From Geosiphon pyriformis uo1 (taxonomy: Eukaryota; Fungi; Glomeromycota), in contig JAAOMT010000607.1 in assembly GCA_016748015.1 (NCBI GenBank), positions 806,001 to 870,000 of the forward strand: a stretch of 64,000 nucleotides of DNA, read 5' to 3'. The first letter of the stretch is position 1. Each line of letters begins with the position of its first letter. The notes under the pieces were generated by a model. The model saw nothing but the letters and a program-made list of their open reading frames with translations. It searched no databases and was not told the origin of the DNA. Positions 52,743 to 64,000 of the stretch are shown in pieces. The position numbers and the translations under genes were made by a program.

Positions 52743-53479
52743 TTATCCCTCTTTTTTAGAATTGAGTTCCTGCAAAATCTTCTAAATTTCTTTCTTGTCT
52801 TAATGTTGTTGCCGTAATTTTTATTACTATTATTAAATCTATTTTGGTACGTGAATAGTGTTTTTTTTTTTTTTTTAAACTATAAGGGTTTGTCCAAGAT
52901 ATCTAATTTCAAATTCTGCATTCGTATTATACACACATTCAGCCATAATGCCCTCATTATTATCACTGAATTGAGTTAATTTCTGCTCTATTGTAAGGTC
53001 TAAAAGCATAATATATTGTTCAATGTTTGAAACAGAGTTTGAATCGTTGTTGTTATTATTGGTGGAGTTTGAATTGTTGTTGTTATCATCAGTGGAGTTT
53101 GAATCAGAATTAAGTTTTGATTCTGATTCTTGCTGATTGGCTTGTCTTCCTTGGAGTTCAAATATATGACGTGTGGAAGTGGATTGTAACTTAGGGCCAT
53201 CAGGTGAGTTTAATGATTTGTTAATTGATTTTGGTACTATTGATTCTCAAATTCTTTTTTCTTCTCTAAGTCTTTTTTGTATTGACACTTTCCTAATGCT
53301 GACTTTTGGCATAAAAAAAGGCAGTCTTCACACAGATAAGTATGAATCTGGGTAGTTTTTTTTCTGGAATTTTTCCAATGGGTCTTTAAATAATCAGAGT
53401 TTTGAATTTCTAAAAGTTTGATGGGTTTTATCTGAAGTAAGCTTTCTTGTACAATAGCAGATTTGGACTTATTGAGTTT

Positions 53480-54100
53480 TGAATGTTTGAGTTTTGAATG
53501 ATCGGGTTGGAGTTTTAACTTTAATGAGTTTTATTGAAGGTAAGTTTTTTTCTACACTAGTGGGGTTAGAATTTATCAGGTTTTGAACTATTGGATCTTA
53601 AAGAATTGAAGTTTTAATGAGTTTTATTGAAGATAAGTTTCTTTATATGAGTTTATCAAAGATAAGTTTCAAATGTTCAGAGTTTTAACAATCAGGTCTT
53701 GAATAATCGGAGTTTTAATTTTAACAATTTTTTTTTTAATGAATTTTATCAAAGGTAAGTTACAAATGTTCAGGGTTTTAATAATCAGATTTTGAATAAT
53801 CAGAGTTTTAATTTGACGAGTTTTAATGAGTTTATCAACAGTAGTTTTCGAATGTTCAAGATTTTAATAATCGGGTCTTGAATAATTGGAGTTTTAATTT
53901 AATGAGTTTTTAATGAATTTATCAAAGATAAGTTTTGAATGTTCAGGGTTTTAATGATCGGATTTTAAATAATCAGAGTTTTTTAATTTTAACAATTTTT
54001 TTTTAATGAATTTATCAAAGGTAAGTTGCAAATGTTTGGGGTTTTAATGATTGGGTTTTAAATAATTGGAGTTTTAATTTAATGAGTTTTTCAAAGGAAA
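53480..54100 (-). repeat. ~87-93 bp tandem repeat (at least 5 copies) in element D
   Basis: AATGTTCAGGGTTTTAA-like anchors at ~53672, 53764, 53851, 53938, 54031. Confidence 0.85.
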
Positions 54101-54206
54101 TGTTAAAATAAGAATTTCGCGAATCTTAAGTGATTTTTCCATTGTTTTCTCTTGGTTTTTCACTTTTGTGAATTTCTGGGGTGCTCTGTCTCTGTGGATT
54201 TTATAA

Positions 54207-54225
54207 CCTTACAGAGAACACCAAA
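54207..54225 (-). other. Primer-binding site of element D, tRNA-like (possibly elongator tRNA-Met)
   Basis: TGGTG(C/T)TCTCTGT(G/A)AGG 2 nt after the LTR; tRNA identity is inferred. Confidence 0.7.
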
Positions 54226-55233
54226 TGTTATGGGTAAACTTGATGGGTAATAGAACTGGTAACATTTGGTGCTCTCAATTATTGGGAATGCATCTTCCAC
54301 ATAATTTTGTTGGCTTAGTCTTGGTTATCAGTTTTTGAAGGTCTATTCTTGGATGTGAATTTATCCATTGAGTTCTTTGGTTATAAGACACAGAGTTTGT
54401 TTTTTGTCAATTACAATGTTTTCTGTAAATGTAAGCTTTCTTCTCTGAGCTAATGAGCACAGTTGTTAGGGTCTGGCATTGTCTTTTTGCCCTTCTAGTA
54501 AGCTATCAAGATAATGTTAATATCCAAAACCTAGGGGGAGCCTTCCTTTTTTACCAGGTTATCATGAAGTCTATTCCCAGACAGTTGATTTTCTTATGTT
54601 GCCACTCCACAAGAGAAAAAACTAAAAAAAATAAAAGAAAATAAAAAAAAATAAAAAAAAATAAAAAAAATAAAAATAAGAAATAAGTGTTCTGTCAATA
54701 GCCATGATCAAGAGCTATTGTGCCAACAGATTAAATAATGGATAATAACATGGATTTGAAGAATTAAAGAGATATTTTATTGATATAATTTCATTTCAGT
54801 TGATAGCAACTATCTTTGAAAGGAGGAGTATTTAATAATTATGACTTGCAAGTCTAATTAACTCTGAGAGTTTAATTAACTTCTGAAAGTCTAATTTTCT
54901 CTCTGGATGTCTTTCTAACTTCTACAGCTACTTATTTTATACATTCTTTTTGTTCTACAGGATTACTTCTGATTGTTCTGTTATTGCTAACTATTGCTTT
55001 GCTATTTCTGTAATTGCTTTGTTTTTCTATGTTATTACTAGTTATCCTATGTTATAATATGTTATCTGGTGTTATTACATGTTATTCTGTGTTATCCTAT
55101 GTTATAACACATTATCTTGAGTTATTCTAAGTTATAACATGTTATCCAACATTATTGTGCACTATTCTGTATTATGTCATGTTTTGGTCACGTTTTTTCA
55201 TAACTTTGGATCAGTTTTTCTACATGGGTAACA
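54226..55233 (-). repeat. 5' LTR of element D
   Basis: TGTTAC start on the minus strand; followed by PBS. Confidence 0.92.
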
Positions 55234-57104
55234 CTGACAATCTAGTTAGCACTTGGTTGACTATTGATAAAGCAGAAGCTTTCAAAGTTTGCTTCATAAT
55301 CAGTAAAAAAATTAGGGTTGATATTATTCTGCATCACATTTCAAGTGTCAAGAAAAGTTACCATAAATCTAAATATTATGAATTCAAAATGGCCAAAAAT
55401 GACTTCATCAAGAAGGCTATTAAAAGATGCATAGAAAATTTTTGTTCAAATAAGGGTAGGATAATTAAAAGCATTCTGGATTGACCAATTAGAAAGGTGG
55501 TTTTTGATCATTTGATTGTTGATAATAACTTTATCTTTGAGTTGCAGGTGATTAAGTTTTCAATTGACACAATAATGGAAAGTTAGACAAGAAAACATCT
55601 GGCTCTGGGTGTTTTTCTTAATCATTGGTGTGAACAATATGTTCCTTTGGATTATGTTGATAATAATGCATTCTTAAGGGTTATGAATGATATCAATATG
55701 TGTGAGCTTATGTATATTGTCAAAAATCTGTTTGATGGAAAGACTGCTGGACTTTTTGGCATCCCTAATGAGCTATAGAAACATGGTGATGTTTTAGTTC
55801 TTAATGGTTTTTTATCTATTTACAATGGTTGTTTGAGATATGAGAGAGTTTTTGTGCAGTAAAAAAGATTCTAGGTGTCCATGATTTTTAAATCTTATGA
55901 TTGGAAAGACACTTTTACCAATACCCATCCAATCACATTAATTAAAACTGTTTGAAAGATTTTATCTAAGGTTTTTTCAGACAGGATCTCTCTGGCTTGT
56001 AACAAATTTAATGTTTTACATGGTAACAATTTTTCAGTTCTAAAGAGCACTTCTACACAAAGCCTGATCTTTGTCATTGGCTCAATTATTAAGGATGCTC
56101 TGGAGAAAAACAGAGAGGTGTAACTTATTCTTCAGAACATACACAAAACCTATAATTTCATTAAGTGGTCTTATTTACTTAACAGCTTGGTTAAAATCAA
56201 AATGTGTTCTCACTTCATAAACTTTTTCATAGTATACACAATAATAAGATCAATCAGGTGATGACAAATTTTGGCTTAATTGATGGTTATGTTGTTCACA
56301 ATGGTCTTGATTAAGGGAAGGTGTTTTCACCTTTACTATGGAGAATATTTTATGACCCACTTTTTTGTAAAGTCAAGAAGCATGAACAGTTGTTTGGATA
56401 CAGTATGTGTTCAAAGTTTTTTGCAAGAACTGGCAAGCCTGATCTGAGAGGCGGCTTAACTTTTTTTTTTGCTGCTGGTGCCTTTGTTGATAACATGATC
56501 TGGGTTGGCAACTGTTTGACAACTATACAGAACATTTTGAATATAGCCAGTAAGTTTTTTGCTATCAATAACATTTCAATAAACACAGAAAAAACAGTTG
56601 CCATACCTATAAATCAGGGTGTCTGGGATGCTGTCTTGTCTATTAATGGATCTAGAATTTCAGTTGCAAAGAAAAGCAAGTCTCACAGATATTTAGAAAT
56701 CTTTTTGTCAACTAATGGCTTGTTCAAGCCTAGCTTAACCAAGGTACATATTGATGTCAAGTTCTTTTTAAATATGGTTTTGAGAAAAGCCATCACCGAG
56801 AAACAATTCTTGTACTTAGTTTCAGCTGTTTTACAATCTATTATTGGTTACAGACTGCAGTTTAGCTTTGTCTTTAAAAGTGCATGTGAAAAGTGAGACA
56901 AATTGTTAAGAAAGGAGCTTAAGTTCAAAGTTAATCTGCCTAAGGACTTTTTTAATGAGGTGTTATATCATCCTGAGTTTTATGGACTAAAGACATTCGA
57001 GCAGATGCTAACAGAAAATTTAATGGCTAACTTGGTTAATTTTGCCAATGCTGGTGAGATTCTTGGAAGATTTTTTGATCATAAAGTGATGGATTTACAG
57101 ATGG

Positions 57105-57980
57105 TGTTACTCATAGAAATATAGGAAATATATTAGTATGATTATTAGCCAATCAGAAGTAGGCATAGTAAATGTGGAATTCCAGAATTCCTCTCAGAAA
57201 TTGCAGGATTCCAGGAATTTCAGAATTTCCTGATGAGGAATTGCAAGATTCCAGAATTCCAGGATTCCTCTCAAAGGAATTGCAGGATTCCAGGAATTCC
57301 AGGATTCCCATTATGAAGAATCAAGGAATTGGGGAATCTCAAATATGTATATATAGTAGTAGTGGTAAAAACAAAAAAGACAGAATCGATACTACAGAAT
57401 CCTTAGCCTAGAAACAAAATTATCAAATAAATATTTATTTCATATCTCAATCCACTGTCCACTATCAACACTTCATGTTGATAGTAATTAATACTTAACC
57501 ATACTGGAACAATAGCTCTTGATTATGGCTATTGACAAAATACTAACATACCAAATTGCCTTGGCTTATTTTCCCTATTTTCTTTATTTTTATTTTTTTT
57601 ATTTTATTTTATTTTATTTTATTTTGATTTTGTTGTTGTATACTAATTGATTAAAAGATTAAGCACTGAGTTATTGACATCAAGGATAGCCTGGTAAAAA
57701 ACCCAGAAATAAGGATAGGATTTTATATATTATCGGATAGCTTACTAGAAGGGCACAACTGCCAGACTAAATCTGGCCACCATGCTGAGAAAGAAATTGG
57801 GAAAACTCTTGGAAAGATACATCTACTATTGACACTATTGAATCTCTGTCCATTATACAAAGGACTCCAACAAAACTTTCAGATACAACACTTGCAGAAC
57901 CTTATCCACAGAAATAGTTTTTGAGCACCAAGTTATGGGTTTGTTATTTAATTCAACAGCAGAAATAATCACCTGTAACA
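57105..57980 (+). repeat. Solo LTR family C with perfect 4-bp TSD ATGG
   Basis: ATGG|TGTTAC...GTAACA|ATGG; removal restores the LINE frame MDLQMAS. Confidence 0.95.
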
Positions 57981-60128
57981 ATGGCTAGTTGAATGTTCTA
58001 GCATCCTTTACATTTTCCAGTCACATTACCTATTAGTCTTATGGATTGTTTTCTGACTGGAGCTATTTGTGCTCTCACTTTGTACAATCTTTTCTTGGAT
58101 GGTGCAATTCCTAATGTGTTTCAGGCCAGGTTAGGCATATTCATTTTGAACATACTGGGCATGAATGTGTACATGAATGTAGTCAAGTCTCTTAGAAGAT
58201 ATGGTTTTGTTTTTGCTAATCAAATTCTGAATTGTTATGATGAGTGCTTCATTTGGGAGACATTTCACAAATGGAAAAGACTAGACTCCAGAGGTCTGAT
58301 TCCTGTCTGGTTCATGTCCCTGTCTAATTTTGTTAGAAATAGTGGTTTGAGTGGTAACATGGCTCTGGCATCTCATTACACTTGTGCTGACCTGTCTTGT
58401 AATGTTGGTTTTGTTTCTGAGCACATACTTATCTCTGGATGTAGTTCCATCAAAGTTTACATGAATGGTTCTGTCAGAGGTATGGGGACCATTGGTGTCT
58501 GTGGTGGTGCTGCTGCATACTTTCCTGTAGTTGACGTAAGTATTGGTGTGAGGGTTCATGGCTTGTTGTCTTTGACATTGGTGGAGTTACAAGCTATTGT
58601 TTTAGCTTTGGAGTGTGTGTCTGCTTCTAGTGCTGTTACTTTGTTTATGGATAGTCAAATGTTACTGGATATGTGCAAGTTTGATGTGAATATGCCTGGT
58701 TTTAACTTTCGCAAAAAATGTTGGTTGGAGAAAAAACATATTCATCATTCAATTTCAAAAAAAAAATTTTCAATTACATGAAAGAAGATCAAAAGACATT
58801 CAGGTGTTGTTGGGAATAAGCAAGCTGATTTTTTTGCTAATGCAGCAGTCACTTCTAAGTCTGTGCTTTTTCTTAATGTGCTATGTCACTTTTTTAATAT
58901 GGAAAACTGGTCTATCTTAGGAAATGTGCATTACTTCATCAGAAGTTTGTTCAATGTTATTAATTTTGTCAATTGGGAATTCAAGTATGCTTTTAGCATT
59001 ATGGACAAGAGTGTTATCTGTACAATTGATATGAGCAGGTCTTTTAGTGTTTGGCATTCAAATGGCAGGATCCAATCAGGTTACACCAGTTTATCTTTAG
59101 CTTCTCTGCAGTTATATCTTATGAAGACTCTTCACTGTTGTTTGCCAGTTGTTGTGAGAAAGAGATTGTATAATTCCAAATATCCCAGCATATTGTGCAT
59201 TAGATGTGATTTGGTTGAGGATTTGAATTACTTGTTTTTGTGTAAGCAAAACAGAGGTGCCAGAAAAGCTTTGTTGTTGGCCACTCAAGTGGAATGGTGT
59301 AAAATGGTTGGTTGTTCAGTTATGGGGGATTCAGTTGTCAAATCTCTTTGCAAGACTGGATCTACTGGTGGCTTATATATAATGTTGGCCAAGGAGTTTG
59401 TTTTAAAAAGCTGGGTGGCTGATATTACCCAACATTTTGGCTTTAAGTCTGGTGGTGATCTGGTTATTAGGTTGGTTCACAGTATTGCTGAGTATTACAG
59501 ATCTGACATTTGATTGCCTACTGCTAAATTAAGATTCTTTTATGAAAAACACAATTTATTGCCATGTGATGGCTCTGCTGTTTCTTTAGTTGCTGGTTTG
59601 TTATCTATTAGGTCTGTTGGGGTCATCCATGGTTTTGGTATTAAATTGGGCATTCATGTGTGCTTTGGTTTGCATTCTTGTCTGTCCAATTTGGACTTTG
59701 GTTTCTTAAGTCATGTCCCTGTAGTAGATTCTGTAGATGTATAGTGCTCTTTGATTGGACTGAGTGTCTGGTCACATGTAGAAAGAACATGAGCCATACT
59801 TAATTTAGAATCCTGTTTGATTTTATGTATTTAGATAGTAGTTGGGCTGCACTTATAAAAAACTTTAATAATAAAAAAATTATTAAAAATATTTTAAAAA
59901 TAACAAAAAATTATAATTAACTTTATAGAATATAAAAAAACTTATAATTTATTAAATAATTATATTTATTTTATAATTTAAAAAAAATAAAAATATATAA
60001 AAAGTTTATTTGGTTTTTTGGTTATGTTTATATCTTATAAATAAAAAAAATTATAATAGATTTTAAACTTATTAGTAAATATTATGTACATAATAAATTG
60101 AATTAAAGTTTTTATTTTATTTTATTTT

Positions 60129-63100
60129 ATTTTTTTTTATTCATTTAATGAGTTAGGTCCAAACACTACTTAGAACTATACATCAATAAAATAATCTAAA
60201 CTAAGCATGAATCATGCATTTTCTACATGTGACCAGCCACTCAAACCAGTCAGAACAACACTATACACTTATATTAACAGAAACCGGATTACCAATACCT
60301 GAAAAAAATGAACAAAACTTGCAAAAGCCAAAACAAACACCAAAAGCTTCAGCAATACCAAGTAATTTAATCACACCAGCCAAGAACCCCGAAACCAAAC
60401 CAAAGACCAAGATGGGGATTAAGCCATCTACAGGGATCAGACCATTCTTTTTCATGAATGCACAATACTTAGCATAAACCAACCAAATGTTATTTCTGAA
60501 GACAAGACAAATAGATTGCACAAAATCAGAAATTCTAACACCAGCAACTTTGGGATCATAGAAGACGGAAATAGTTTCTCGAAGCCAACCATTAAAAACA
60601 AAACCCTTGTAAAGAGCTGAAGAAACTGGGAAATTCAAAGCACAAGTTAACAGCAATTGCAATACATCTGAAGAAGGAAGGAAGAGACCAGAAAGCACCC
60701 TCCAAGAAGACATACAAGATTCCAAGACCTGATGACAAGCTAAATCATCAACCACACAAGAAAACACATGGTCAGACACTTTAACCTTACCACAATACAG
60801 ACACAAAATACTAGGGTAACATTTGTTGTAAATGCACTTCCAAACAGTTATGGAAAGCCAACAGTGCAAAGTCTTCATGAAGTAAGTTTGAGTATCAGCA
60901 GTCAGTCTGCTGGTGAAACCAGTGGCCATATGTAAATCAGAGTGCCAAACTCTGGAAGAACAAAGCCAATTGACATTTGAACACAAATCATCATCTAGAA
61001 ATCTAGAACCAGACCTGACCTCCCAACGCACTTGACAAACAGCATAAAAAACATCACAAACAAAATGCTTAGAATTACCAGATACAACACTACCATCTGC
61101 CAATAAAAAAAGTTCATCAACACAAGAAGGAAGATATCAACCAAAGAGAGACACAGTGTCAGCAAGGCTATTGGTATAATCATTCCCCAAAATACCAGAG
61201 TGGCCCTTAATCTTGCATTATTTAATTCTCAAATTCTTACTGCAAATAACATTCCTGATATGCTGACACTTGACCCAACACTGATTGTGAAAATCAAGAT
61301 ACACTAGGTTAAACTCCGACCTACAAGCATCCAAAGCCACCTGACTATCCGAAAACAGATGGACAGAACGAGCCACAGACATGTATTCTAGAGCCAATGC
61401 AATAGTCTGCAGCTCCACTAAAGTGGATGACATTAAGCCCTAAACACTAATACCCAACCCCAAATTAATATTCTCAAAAAAGACAGCAGCTCCAGCTCTA
61501 CAACCAATCATGCCCAAATTTTTTACTAAACTATCCATATACACAGACAAGCTATCAATGTCAATCCAAGAAAGACAATCACAGACAGATATAAAATTAT
61601 CAGAACCATGAATGTCCAAAGGGCCAATACCAGCCAATGCCAAAAGAGAAAAATGAGGAGCCACAAAAAAAGCAACAGAAATATTGAACCAATTGGAAAC
61701 TGGACCATGAGAGTCTAGCCTCTTCCACTTTTTAAAGGTGTGCCAGCTAAAAACACTACCAAAATAATCATGAAGCTAGTCCATGAAAACAATGCCATAC
61801 TGCTGAAGAGAAAGTAAAATCTTATCAGACATAGGTACTCCACCATGAAACTGGAAAGAGCTAACCAAAAAGCTGCCCAAAGGTAACTTGCAGTCGAAAA
61901 GAATGTGAACCATACCAGCTAAGAAATTATTTGAAACATTGACATGAATACGAGCAGGGAAGACCAACAGATGGATAGGTTGCCAACACTGAACTTATAA
62001 GTCATAAGATCTGTGACCAAATAAGCACCCCAAAATCCCACCAGAGTTTGCAAAACTAATAAGCGAGGCAACTTTACCCTCAGATTGACACTGCGAAAAA
62101 GACTTTAAACCATAAAAGAAGGAGTAGTGAATTGTATCACTAGAAAAGTCCAATAGAAGACCAGATTTTAGCTTCAAGCCCTTGCGAATCAAAGCATCTT
62201 ATTTGTCATATACACCAACAGGAAAAAAGCTAAACTGTGTCCTATTGCTTACAATAAGGTAGAGAACTGCCGAAACCAAATACAAAAACTGTTTATCTGA
62301 GACAGCTTTCTTCAACACCAAATTAGTAAAAAAACGAACATCCAAATGTGCTCTTGCCAAACTAGATTTGGAAAGACTCTTTATTGAAAAAAAAATACCC
62401 AAGTATCTATAAGACTCTCCCTTTTTGGTGATCGAAATAGGCAGATTACTAATAGTGAGAGAAGAATTGCTGACTCTGCTGTTAATAGGAATCACTACTG
62501 TTTTGTCATTGTTAATTGAGATATTATTGATCCAAAAAAATTCACTGACAATGTTGAGAATATGTTAAGTAGCACTTTGACTATTACCAACCCAAATCGT
62601 ATCATCAACAAAGGTGCCAGCAACAAAAAAGGAAGAACATCCAGCACAAGACTCAGCACGACTATTCTTGGAAATAAAATGAAAATTCAGCTTATATCCA
62701 TATACACTCTTTTGGCACTTGACCTCACACAACAATGGGTCATAAAATATTTGCCACAAAAGAAGGGAGAAAACTTTTCCTTGATCCAGGCCATCATGTA
62801 CATGATAATTATTTGTCAAACCAAAATCAGTCATAACCTGGTTGGTACAATTATTGTGAATGTTGCCAAAAAAACAAATAAATCTGCTACACATCTTAAT
62901 TCTAACCAAACTATTTTTGAGATGTTTCTAGCCAACCAAATTATATGCTTTCCGCATATTCTGCAGAACCAGCCAGAGTTCTTGGTTCTTTTCCAAAGCA
63001 TCCTCAACCACTAAACCAATTGCAAAAATAGGAGACTAAGTTGTCGTACCCTTTAAAACTGAGAAGTTGTCCCCATGAAGGATATCAAAAGCACTATATG

Positions 63101-64000
63101 TCAAGGAGATTCTGTCAGAAAGAATCTTAAAAAGAATTTTACGAGCTGTTTTGATCAAAGCAATAGGATGAGTATTAGTTAAGACATCCTTCCACTCATA
63201 TGGTTTGGGAATCATCAAGATTCAGGCCTCTTTCCAAGGGCCAAGCACCAATTCAACAGACAGACAAAGGTTCAAAATCACCAAAAGCATATTCAGAACA
63301 GACTTATCACAATGTTTCCAAAGTTCATTTGAGATACCAGACAAACCAGCAGCTTTGTCATCAGGCAAGTCAGAAACCACCTCAAAGAATTCATCAAAAC
63401 CAATTTGGCATATTACACCAGAAAAGGCCTTATCAAAAACATAATCCAAAGATTGATATTGATGGTGCCAATCAATCGAGATATTATTAGCAACATGACG
63501 CTTCCTGGTCCATCCCTCTATGATCACATTCACCTTAGACTTAACCAAATCAGGCTCCAAAATCAGATCATCATTAACCACCAGATGATCTAGCACCACT
63601 TTACAGAAAGGATGCTTTAGTACACTTCTGATCATATGACCCTTGTTGATCTCGAAGCTTTCCATTCTCTTATTAATGACAGACTTGATGTTAGCTTCTT
63701 TAGCTCTCAGAGATTCAGCAATTTTGGAAACACGGTAAACTTTCTAGCACCAAAAAGAGTAGAACAAATACGATCAGAACTAGCTCCAGAGTCCACCAGA
63801 TTTTAAACAACAGAAGACTTAATATTGTCCACAAAACTCCAATATTTCATAAGATAAACAAAGTGTTCAGCATCTTCCCCACATAAAGCCTTAACAATCC
63901 TAGAAACCAAAAGCTCTAATTTATAAAACTTCAAAGAATCCTTAGTGAAAACTTCATTAAACTCTTTGAACCACTTTTTTTTGAAAATTTCATTAGCCAA
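60129..64000 (-). mobile_element. LINE copy d (ORF2 pseudogene 64000-60261, 3' UTR, poly(A)); runs off the window
   Basis: HPIALIKT, GLDQG, TFVDD, YLG, VYMDS, ELQTI, SDSQ, CLYC..H..C; tail-to-tail with LINE b. Confidence 0.92.

Larger units (their letters stand above)
51695..55233 (-). mobile_element. Short non-autonomous gypsy derivative D (two family B LTRs, PBS, PPT, 1.5-kb internal region); TSD CCAA/CTGA
   Basis: LTRs 54226-55233 and 51695-52742; PBS TTTGGTGTTCTCTGTAAGG; PPT 52743-52757. Confidence 0.9.
50637..59744 (+). pseudogene. LINE b ORF2 (APE-RT-RNase H-Zn), interrupted at 51695-55233 and 57105-57980
   Basis: NVRS, METK, GGDFN; SPLLW, AFVDN; VYMNGS, ELQAI, DSQ; CIRC. Confidence 0.9.
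48660..59862 (+). mobile_element. Near full-length LINE copy b with two nested LTR insertions
   Basis: ORF1 48779-~50640, ORF2 ~50637-59744, 3' UTR and A-tail; frame rejoins across both insertions; 5' end approximate. Confidence 0.92.

Noticed and set aside
53480-54100. CRISPR-like array
   Set aside because: Contiguous tandem units without unique spacers, in a eukaryotic TE

Overview
Eukaryotic (fungal) nuclear DNA. The short spliceosomal introns, the gene set and the transposon families suggest a Glomeromycotina genome (AM fungus or Geosiphon-like); this is my inference from recollection, not a database result. About 75% of the window is nested, C>T/G>A-eroded retroelements. These include two divergent Ty3/gypsy elements (A, B), a short deletion derivative (D), solo LTRs of three families with 4-bp TSDs, five RNase H-type LINE copies or fragments, and an ORF1-only LINE-like element. 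Two CpG-rich gene islands hold six host genes: an RNase III-dsRBD protein, a TBRG1-like FYRN/FYRC protein, a T5orf172 GIY-YIG protein, a hypothetical protein, Rsm22, and an orphan CCCH protein. The best candidate for an undescribed system is a complex, retrovirus-like gypsy lineage. Its ORF1 is gag-PR-(multi-zinc finger)-dUTPase-RT-RNase H. Integrase appears to be a separate ORF, and a conserved non-envelope ORF3 sits in the env position. The LTRs share an RNA architecture: a palindromic-loop hairpin, a covarying GAUAGC stem, and a U5 arm that mimics a tRNA 3' end and pairs with the PBS. Also notable are a HAL1-like ORF1-only element and a CCAAT+GTCACGTG module shared by LINE 3' UTRs and two host promoters. 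All alignments were done by eye, and coordinates in eroded regions are approximate.
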